Part shown: positions 9,531-17,048 of the stretch, piece by piece
How positions within the stretch are numbered: position 1 is the stretch's first letter
How the letters are laid out: each line of letters starts with the position of its first letter
Assembly (NCBI GenBank): GCA_942490825.1
Contig: CALNYG010000005.1
Span: forward strand, 6,240 to 70,239
Reading direction: 5' to 3'
Length of the DNA stretch: 64,000 nt
DNA from: Candidatus Moraniibacteriota bacterium
GTDB taxonomy: Bacteria > Patescibacteriota > Minisyncoccia > Moranbacterales > GCA-2747515
Notes under the pieces: generated by a model
Databases searched by the model: none
What the model was told of the DNA's origin: nothing
The model's input: only the letters and a program-made list of their open reading frames with translations
Position numbers and translations under genes: made by a program

Positions 9531-11069
9531 ATGAAAATAGAAAATAAAATACAATTAATAACTTATCCAGATAGTTTGGGTAAAAATTTAAAAGATTTAG
9601 ATTACGTTTTAGGTAAATATTTAAAAGATGCAATTGGTGGTGTACATTTATTACCTTATTATCCTTCATCAGGAGATAGGGGTTTTGCACCTTTGACGCA
9701 TAAAGAGGTTTCTCCAGAATTTGGAACTTGGGAAGATGTAAAAAAAATCTCATCTAAATATACTCTAATGAGTGATTTAATGGTAAATCATGTTTCTTCT
9801 AAATCTGAGTATGTTCAAGATTATTTAGAAAAAGGATCAAAGTCAAAATATGCAGAATTTTTTGTAACGAGTGAAAAATTTTCTCGGAGATTTTTACCGC
9901 ATAGAAAAAGTACCTCACCTTTATTAAAAAAAATTGAAACTTTTATAAACAATCTGAGACGTTGGGACAAAATTTTCCATATTGAAGGTATAAATAGATT
10001 CGATGCTAAAAAACTTTATCGACCACGACCGAAGAGTCCATTGAAACCATTTGTCTTTACAGATGGCAATATTAAACATTTGTGGTGTTCTTTTACAAAA
10101 GATCAAGTAGATTTAGATGTGATGAATCCAGATGTCAAAAGACTTTTAGTTGAATATATTGAAACTTTAGCAAAAAATGGAACAAAAATTTTACGAGTTG
10201 ATGCGGCAGGTTATACGGTAAAGAAAAGAGGGACGAGTAGCTTTATGATTCCAGAAACATATAGATTCATTAGTTGGTTAGGTGAAATTGCACATAAAAA
10301 TGATATTTCAATGTTATTAGAAATTCATGGACATTACAAACAACAAATTAAACTAGCAGAAACTGAAAATGTTGATTATGTTTACGACTTCCAAATTCCA
10401 CTTTTAGCAATTCACGCTATTTATAATAAAAGAACCGACTTAATTAAAAAGTGGATTGAAGTTCGCCCGAATAATGCAATCGTTGTTTTTGACACACACG
10501 ATGGCTTGCCCGTTGTTGATTTAGAAGAATTGCTTTCGGAGGTAGAGCTGAATAAATTAAAAAGTGATATTCTAAAACATGGCGGAAATGAAGCTCTTCG
10601 TGCTTCAGGTTCTAATTCCAAAAATGTCGATACATATCAAATAAATTGTACATATTATTCTGCTTTAGATGAAAATGATGATTCTTATATTGTAACGCGA
10701 GCGATTCAAATTTTTCTTCCAGGCATTCCGCAAATTTATTATGATGGTTTGTTGGCGGGCGTAAATGATGTTGCAAAATTAAATAAAACTGGAATTGGAA
10801 GAGATATTTTAAGACGAGATTATGATTTAAAAATGATTGAAAAAGCTTTTGAAAAAGGAGTTGTTAAAAGATTATTAAAGTTAATGAAGTTTCGAAATAA
10901 TCATCTAGCATTTAATGGTAAATTTTCTTTGTTAGATTCTTCTCATTCCACATTGAAAATGCGTTGGGAAAATGGTGCTGATTTTTGTGAGGCTGATATT
11001 GATTTAAAAAAATATAAAGTTGAGATTCATTATTCAACCGAAGAAGGGAGAATAATTGAAGTTTTATAG
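9531..11069 (+). CDS. Sucrose phosphorylase-type GH13 glucosyl phosphorylase
   Basis: 512 aa. The N-terminus QLITYPDSLG...LPYYPSSGDRGFAPLTHKEVSPEFGTWEDV...DLMVNHVS and the RVDAAGY and HD regions match the sucrose phosphorylase subfamily. Confidence 0.8.
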   Translation: MKIENKIQLITYPDSLGKNLKDLDYVLGKYLKDAIGGVHLLPYYPSSGDRGFAPLTHKEVSPEFGTWEDVKKISSKYTLMSDLMVNHVSSKSEYVQDYLEKGSKSKYAEFFVTSEKFSRRFLPHRKSTSPLLKKIETFINNLRRWDKIFHIEGINRFDAKKLYRPRPKSPLKPFVFTDGNIKHLWCSFTKDQVDLDVMNPDVKRLLVEYIETLAKNGTKILRVDAAGYTVKKRGTSSFMIPETYRFISWLGEIAHKNDISMLLEIHGHYKQQIKLAETENVDYVYDFQIPLLAIHAIYNKRTDLIKKWIEVRPNNAIVVFDTHDGLPVVDLEELLSEVELNKLKSDILKHGGNEALRASGSNSKNVDTYQINCTYYSALDENDDSYIVTRAIQIFLPGIPQIYYDGLLAGVNDVAKLNKTGIGRDILRRDYDLKMIEKAFEKGVVKRLLKLMKFRNNHLAFNGKFSLLDSSHSTLKMRWENGADFCEADIDLKKYKVEIHYSTEEGRIIEVL

Positions 11070-11781
11070 TCTGTATTTTAAGACTTGAAATTTAGTTTCG
11101 ATTAACTTTAAAATAATCACTTTTAAATAAATTATCACTGTCTAAGGTGAAAATAATATCCTTTCTAAATAAATATTCCTTGATTATCATTTTAAATGAT
11201 TAGACCTCTTTGGAAGTCATGCCTATGTCATTTTGATTGGAACATAACAAAACAAAAAAATCTCAAAGTTCTAGTATAATCTTAAGCTTTTAAGATTTCT
11301 CCACTCCATATTTTAAAATCTCGTTTAAAAATATTCCAGTTCAGATGGTATAATACCATTTCCAAATAACTATTACTCATTTAAATATTTTTAATGTTAG
11401 ATTTTAAATATATTAGAAAGCGAAATTAATTTATTTAATGGGTAGCGGTTAATTTAAAAAGGTATAATTTAAAGTTTCCGAAGATGTCTATTAATATTTA
11501 TGCAATTTGTATCACGAATAAATATTTAAAAATGAGAGGAAATTAATTGAAAATCGTATAATTTATTTATAAAACAGGATTATTTTTCAGTTTGTTGATA
11601 ATTTAAATTTATCAAAGACAGTCATTCACGGTCAATTAATTCAATAAAATTAGTTCTAAAACAAGTATCAGACAGAATAAAAAACGAGGCTCTTTAACAT
11701 CTTTGGGCAAAGCTAAGTATTGAAATTTGTTAAATTCTATGCTTAAATATTAAGTTATTTTAATAATTTAATATTTTAAAA

Positions 11782-12102
11782 ATGCAAAAAAAAGAGATTA
11801 AAAAAATATTCAATTTAGAAGGATATATTTTAGATAAATTTGAAGAAAAAAATGATAAAATAATTTTACATTGTCATTTACAAAAGAATTCATTTAAATT
11901 AAAAAATGAGGTAAGTAAAAAAATTAATCAAAAAAGAAATAGAATAATTGCTCATTCTATGTTTGAAAATAAAAAAGTTTTTATAGCTATTACTCAAAGA
12001 AGATTTTATTTTTCTAAACATAAAAAGAAACTTTGGGAATCTTTACCTCAAGTTAAAAAAGGGCAACAAATGAGCACAGCTTTTAAAAAAACTCTGTCAT
12101 AG
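11782..12102 (+). CDS. ISL3 transposase orfA (copy 2)
   Basis: The protein is identical to orfA of copies 1 and 3. The A7 run lies at 12085-12091. Confidence 0.75.
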   Translation: MQKKEIKKIFNLEGYILDKFEEKNDKIILHCHLQKNSFKLKNEVSKKINQKRNRIIAHSMFENKKVFIAITQRRFYFSKHKKKLWESLPQVKKGQQMSTAFKKTLS

Positions 12103-12155
12103 AATTAAGAGAAACCACATATAGCGGACTAGCTAGATCTAGACAGATAAGCATT

Positions 12156-12977
12156 ATGTCGGCTCTGAGAATGATTGATGAAATGGTAAATACTTCATTA
12201 ATTTGGGATAAATCTATTCAAAGAATTGGAATGGATGGCAAAGGAGTTAGCAAAAGAAAACAAGTTTTTAACATTACTAATTTAATTGATAATGAGGTGA
12301 TAGGTGTTCTACCAAATTTATCACAAAAAGAATTGCTGAAAGAATTATTAAAAATTGATTTAAAATTTAGATTAGCAGTTAAAGAAGTATGTATTGATAT
12401 GGACTCTTTTTTTCCAGCTATTATTAAAGAATGTTTTCCTAATGCGGTTATTGTGATTGATCATTTTCATGTAATTCAGTGGGCTGTCTTTTTATTAAAA
12501 GAACAAAAGAAAGTTTTTCAAGACATCAACAATGAATCTTATAAAATAAATAAATTACTGATGATACCTACACACAAATTAACAATTGAAGAATTTAATA
12601 AATTAGAAAAAGTTTTTGTTAAAGTTCCTAAGTTAAAACAAAGTTGGAAAATAATTCATCAACTCAGAAAAGTATATTGGAAAAATAACAGAAAAGAAGC
12701 TCAAAAACAATTAAAATATGTCATCAGTCTTTGTAAAACTTCAGAATCAAAATATATGAAAGATTTAGCTAATACATTAACAAGATGGTTTGATGAAATA
12801 TTAAATTATTATTTATCTAAAACAACTAATGCTTATACTAAAGGAATTCATAATCATTTTGAAAGAATTAAAAGGAATCATTTTGGGATTAGGAATGTTG
12901 AACGTTTTTGTAAAAGATTATTATTTTGTATTCTTCCGATGACAATTTTCTTAAATTTAGTTGCCCAAAGATGTTAA
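12156..12977 (+). CDS. ISL3 transposase orfB (copy 2), with a TKG variant of the TEG motif
   Basis: Same as copies 1 and 3 except HFHV for HFHI, and AAA (Lys) at 12840-12842 where copies 1 and 3 encode Glu in NAYTEGIHN. Confidence 0.8.
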   Translation: MSALRMIDEMVNTSLIWDKSIQRIGMDGKGVSKRKQVFNITNLIDNEVIGVLPNLSQKELLKELLKIDLKFRLAVKEVCIDMDSFFPAIIKECFPNAVIVIDHFHVIQWAVFLLKEQKKVFQDINNESYKINKLLMIPTHKLTIEEFNKLEKVFVKVPKLKQSWKIIHQLRKVYWKNNRKEAQKQLKYVISLCKTSESKYMKDLANTLTRWFDEILNYYLSKTTNAYTKGIHNHFERIKRNHFGIRNVERFCKRLLFCILPMTIFLNLVAQRC

Positions 12978-13073
12978 AGAGCCGATTTTTCTTGACTTTT
13001 TTGGGTTTTGGTGATATTTTTTATTTAGATTAGAATTGTTCATTTATATTAAAATTCAATAGGAGGATTTGGT

Positions 13074-13526
13074 GTGAATCTGACAAAAAAAGAATCCAGA
13101 ATGAAAAAAGAACTTCTTAGAAGAACTTTTATATTTCTGGATAAGACTAATAATGTTAAGTGTCATCTAAAGGAAAATCCTGAAGATATTTTTCAACTGA
13201 TATTAACGTCCGCCAGAAGAGAATTCCCCGCTTTTATCATTAAGCGTAGTCAGTTCAAACAACTTTATTATAATTTTTACTCTACTCTATTGATTGACTC
13301 GAACACTTTTAGAAAAAGAAGGTGTTTGCTTAAGTTCAGAGAAATAAGAATAAAAGGTATAAAGTATAAGCTGAGTGAAATAAAAGGTAGTTCCTGGTTA
13401 CTCGCAACTAATCTCAAGAATCCAGAAAAAACAAAGACTATCAAGCCTCGTGAATTTTTTCTGGTATTGAAGGGTAATGCGAGTAAAAGAAATAAGTATC
13501 CTCGTTTTTCAAGGAGGTCTCGATGA
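13074..13526 (+). CDS. Basic 150-aa hypothetical protein in a foreign-looking insert
   Basis: AGGAGG (13061-13066) lies 7 nt before a GTG start. The protein is K/R-rich with no family recognised. Its TGA stop overlaps the next ATG. Confidence 0.5.
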   Translation: MNLTKKESRMKKELLRRTFIFLDKTNNVKCHLKENPEDIFQLILTSARREFPAFIIKRSQFKQLYYNFYSTLLIDSNTFRKRRCLLKFREIRIKGIKYKLSEIKGSSWLLATNLKNPEKTKTIKPREFFLVLKGNASKRNKYPRFSRRSR

Positions 13527-13570
13527 TGACTCATCAGCCTGATACTGTTACCGTGATAAAGAATCTTTGA
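13523..13570 (+). CDS. Possible 15-aa coupled micro-ORF (MMTHQPDTVTVIKNL)
   Basis: AAGGAGG (13511-13517) lies 5 nt before the ATG. There is an ATGA start/stop overlap with the upstream ORF. Confidence 0.25.
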   Translation: MMTHQPDTVTVIKNL

Positions 13571-13690
13571 TAAATTAATGAGTCAACTATTTTATCAATT
13601 GACTGAGCTTCCTATGCACATGCTTACTGAGGACAGTGCGATACATTTTTACTTATTTTTATGGAAAAGCCTGTGAAATAAACCTATACT

Positions 13691-13735
13691 GCCCTATTGC
13701 ATGTTATGCGACGGGGCTTTTTTATTTTTTGTTTG
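13691..13735 (+). terminator. Plus-strand intrinsic terminator closing the insert
   Basis: GCCC...GGGC outer stem with an inner TGCAT/ATGC pairing, followed by TTTTTTATTTTTT. No T-run follows the hairpin on the minus strand. Confidence 0.5.
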
Positions 13736-14762
13736 GATTGGGGTTGTTTTGGGGTTGTTTTGGTTGAGGGTTATTTTTTTTGACCTTATTTACTAAAACT
13801 ATAAAAAGATATAGAACTAAAATCGAATTCTTTAAATTTAAATCATTCATAGTTGAATATCCATGGGCTATCTTATGTCTCAACTTAACGCCTAGCTGAG
13901 AAAAAAATGTAAATTTGATTTGTTCACAAAAATTTTCTCCCCAAACTTTTCGAACGCTGTCATCATCAAAAAATCTTTCATTTAAAGTTATGTCTCGCAT
14001 CCATATATTATTACCTTTACCCTTCTGATTTCCTGTTGCAATAGTATTTATATCTAAACCTAGGCCTTGATTTAAGTCTAAAAAAACTTTTTCAAATTTT
14101 GGAACTAAAATATGCAAAAAAGAAACAAAATCTTCATTGAAAAATCTATTTAAAGCAATTTTTAAAATTTCTAAAAATTCCCCAGTAAAAATTTCTTTTG
14201 AATCAAAATAATCAACTAAACATATTTCATTTAATTTATTATCTTTTTTCATCTTATCAAAAATTGGATATAGATAAAAAATTAGAACAATATCTTGATT
14301 AAAAGTATAATTTGTATTAAACCAACTTAAATCATAATCATCTCCTGATTGTACAATATTTCCTTGATCATCATAAGTTGATGAATTAGCTAGTTCACGA
14401 ATTACCGATCTAGTATTTTTACAAATTCCTTTAACATTTTTAAAATTTGGACAAAATAAAAACTCATTTCTGCCTATCTCATCTAAAACATTAGAAATTT
14501 CATCCATTTCTAAAATAAAATTTATTTCTTTTAAGATTTTATCCGTTGGAATTTTAATATCAAAAGAAAGTTCAGAAAATCCTTTCATTGTATCAACATT
14601 CATTTTTCTAATCTTACTCTTACAAAAAATCTTATCTTTTTTACCACCCTTATTTTCATTTAACTTTTTTAAAACTTCTTGATATTCAATAGATGCCTCC
14701 CAAAACTTTTTTTCATTTTCAAATTCTTTGGCTTTATCAAAAATTTTATTTTTATTACTCAT
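13722..14762 (-). CDS. HEPN-motif protein (DUF4209-like) with a Pro/Asn/Gln-rich tail
   Basis: 346 aa. C-terminal GVKLRHKIAHGYS contains an R-x4-H HEPN motif, and LVPKFEKVF lies upstream of it. The tail is KKNNPQPKQPQNNPNPNKK. Confidence 0.65.
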   Translation of the reverse strand: MSNKNKIFDKAKEFENEKKFWEASIEYQEVLKKLNENKGGKKDKIFCKSKIRKMNVDTMKGFSELSFDIKIPTDKILKEINFILEMDEISNVLDEIGRNEFLFCPNFKNVKGICKNTRSVIRELANSSTYDDQGNIVQSGDDYDLSWFNTNYTFNQDIVLIFYLYPIFDKMKKDNKLNEICLVDYFDSKEIFTGEFLEILKIALNRFFNEDFVSFLHILVPKFEKVFLDLNQGLGLDINTIATGNQKGKGNNIWMRDITLNERFFDDDSVRKVWGENFCEQIKFTFFSQLGVKLRHKIAHGYSTMNDLNLKNSILVLYLFIVLVNKVKKNNPQPKQPQNNPNPNKK

Positions 14763-14841
14763 ATTTCTAAAATTAAAAAATTACCTCCCCACTTTCTGAA
14801 CAAGGAAGCATACTCCCTTGTTCCGTAAAACTTCAATTTCA

Positions 14842-14928
14842 CTAAATAGCCTCCACAATCCCAATCTCCTCCGCACTCAATCCATAAATCCCATAAACCA
14901 AATCATCAATTTTCTCTTCAAAACCCAC
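14842..14928 (-). pseudogene. Relic 3' end of a restriction-modification methyltransferase/endonuclease gene
   Basis: Only 28 codons remain: VGFEEKIDDLVYGIYGLSAEEIGIVEAI then a stop. This is the characteristic C-terminal (D)xLVYxLYGL(T/S)xEEIxIVE tail of type IIG/type I-like MTases. A stop codon sits immediately upstream. Codons are G-ending. Confidence 0.5.
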
Positions 14929-15011
14929 AATTCAATTCTACAATCATTCAAAAAATAAATCCAATTTCGCAAAAAACAAAAAAGACTAGCAAGTGACTAG
15001 TCTCTACAAAT

Positions 15012-17048
15012 TTAATCAATTTTCTCAATCTCCCCAGAACTACCATCAATCCTAACCCGATCACCCAACTTAAACTCTTTCAAAGAAACACCCACCACAA
15101 CTGGAACACTCTTCTCCCTCGCCATAATCGCCAAATGCGATAACATCCCACCTTTACTCGAAATAATCCCCTCAACTCGTTCAAAATATTCAGTCAAATC
15201 AGGAGATAAAATCTCAGTATAAACAATTACTTTATTATTCAAAACATTTTTAACATCCTTAACATCCACCAAAATACCTTCCGCAACACCGCTGGACACA
15301 CCTTGTACCACAGAATTTTCCTCCACAACAGAACTAGTCAACTTACTCGGAAAATTAAATTTATTAAAACTATCATATTTTTGCTTTCTTTCTAGACACA
15401 AAGATTCCGTAACCTCATCACTTAAAATTTCACCCAATTCCGCAAAATAACTATTTTTTTCATTTTCAAAATTATTCTTCCTTGCAAATTTTAAAATATT
15501 ATTTCGCAAAGCAGTAATATTTTTCACAGTCAGCCACCTGCCCAACTCTCTCAAATGATTAAAAACGATCGCCTCTTTTATTTTTGGAGAAAAAACTTTA
15601 CGTTTATATTCTGGAATACCCCGCCACCAATCCAAAACTTTTTTATCAATCTCATTACTGAAATTAATATTATTCAGAAAATCAGATTCGTCAGCTAAAT
15701 TCAAAGAATTACCTTTCAATTCTGTTTGAGAAGCCTCTAGTTTATAATTCTTTAAATCAACAAATTGTGAAGATGAATTTAAAATATCAATAAAATTAAC
15801 TTTTTCTTTTTTTAAAATTAATTCAACCTTTTTAATAGAAGCACTTGCCAACAAATTTATTTCAAAAATTAATTTATATTCTTTTAAAAAAGTTTTCAAA
15901 CAAGTTTCAATATCTTGAACAAAGATTTCTTTCGACTCAAAATTTTCTCTCAACTTTAAAAATAATTCATCATATTTTTTAGTCAAAATTTTATTTAAAG
16001 AAAATAAATTTTTAATCGTAACAAAAGACTCTGACCAATAAGACCATTTCAATGAAAAATCTTTATTCTGCAAAAACGAATATGCTGGCAACAAACCTTG
16101 AATTTCCTCCTCCTTATCAACAAACGATTCATTTCCGATAATTTTTAGAAAATTTTTACTTTCGTAACTAACATTATACTTTTTATACACCTTCGCTACT
16201 GGTCCCTGATCTGCATAAATTAAACTTAAAATATTCTGAACAATATTAGTCGGTCTCGGAGCAATTTCTGAAACTTCTGTTTTTTCATAAAAATATTTTT
16301 CATCTTCAGACAAAATGTTATCTAAAAATTTAATTTGTTCATACTGATCTTTTGATATAGTGGTAATAGTTCTAGATTGCAATAAATAAAGCTTATCATC
16401 TTTCAAGCACCATTCGATGTCTTGCGGAAAAAAATATTCATTTTCTATTTTTTTAAAAGATTCAATTAAATTATTTTCAGTAAAAAACTTTGGAAGTTCA
16501 ATATTTTTTTCGTCCCAATAAAAAGATTTTTTTGTAGGCGTCACTTGTCCACTAACAATTTTTTCACCTTCACAATTAGCATGTTCAATTACCATTTCCC
16601 GATTACCCTTAGGATTTCTAGTAAAAGCAACTCCTGATACATCTGCCAAAATATATCTTTGAACAATAATTGAAAATTGACTTAGATCTTTGTTCAAAAA
16701 AGAATATGCCTGTTCTAGCACTTCATAAATATTTTTTTCTAAATCTTCAGCTAAAACATTTGTCTTAGTCAAAAACTGGCCAGCCATTGAACACTTTTCA
16801 CAATCCTCGACCAAAGCACTCGATCGTACCGCATATAAATCGCACTTAAGCTCAGCTGATATTTCACTGACAATTTCATCTCGAAAAGGTTTACTAGAAA
16901 ATAATTTTTTAGAAATGTTGTTAGGCAATGCCACAAATTCAGGTACATTAAAACCTTTGTTGGAAAGTTTCGCTAAACTAGTAGTTTTATTACCTAAAAG
17001 ATTTTTGCAATTTTCAATATCTTTTATTTTTACAATTCTATTTTTCAT
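15012..17048 (-). CDS. PEP-utilising enzyme family protein (N-terminal ATP-grasp, central domain of unknown specificity, C-terminal swivelling His domain)
   Basis: 678 aa. LGNKTTSLAKLSNKGFNVPEFVAL and AVRSSALVEDC are PPDK_N-like. The C-terminus has SSKGGMLSHLAIMAREKSVPVVVG, the phosphohistidine mobile domain. There is no PEP/pyruvate TIM-barrel domain. Confidence 0.75.
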   Translation of the reverse strand: MKNRIVKIKDIENCKNLLGNKTTSLAKLSNKGFNVPEFVALPNNISKKLFSSKPFRDEIVSEISAELKCDLYAVRSSALVEDCEKCSMAGQFLTKTNVLAEDLEKNIYEVLEQAYSFLNKDLSQFSIIVQRYILADVSGVAFTRNPKGNREMVIEHANCEGEKIVSGQVTPTKKSFYWDEKNIELPKFFTENNLIESFKKIENEYFFPQDIEWCLKDDKLYLLQSRTITTISKDQYEQIKFLDNILSEDEKYFYEKTEVSEIAPRPTNIVQNILSLIYADQGPVAKVYKKYNVSYESKNFLKIIGNESFVDKEEEIQGLLPAYSFLQNKDFSLKWSYWSESFVTIKNLFSLNKILTKKYDELFLKLRENFESKEIFVQDIETCLKTFLKEYKLIFEINLLASASIKKVELILKKEKVNFIDILNSSSQFVDLKNYKLEASQTELKGNSLNLADESDFLNNINFSNEIDKKVLDWWRGIPEYKRKVFSPKIKEAIVFNHLRELGRWLTVKNITALRNNILKFARKNNFENEKNSYFAELGEILSDEVTESLCLERKQKYDSFNKFNFPSKLTSSVVEENSVVQGVSSGVAEGILVDVKDVKNVLNNKVIVYTEILSPDLTEYFERVEGIISSKGGMLSHLAIMAREKSVPVVVGVSLKEFKLGDRVRIDGSSGEIEKID

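Larger units (their letters stand above)
11688..12983 (+). mobile_element. ISL3-family insertion sequence, copy 2 (1296 bp), inverted relative to copy 1
   Basis: Same terminal IRs as copy 1 (11688-11710 and 12961-12983). The flanking octamers are aaaaacga and gatttttc. Confidence 0.9.

Noticed and set aside
9330-9753. Minus-strand ORFs 9330-9554 and 9523-9753
   Set aside because: They are AT-rich low-complexity translations spanning the intergenic terminator/promoter region and the 5' end of the sucrose phosphorylase gene on the opposite strand.
13074-13526. The 150-aa ORF as a fragment of an IS4/IS10-type transposase (SSWLLATNL resembles PWLLATNLP)
   Set aside because: This is a single short motif, and the downstream Y-(2)-R-(3)-E-(6)-K signature is absent in all frames. 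That is insufficient support. The ORF is left as hypothetical.
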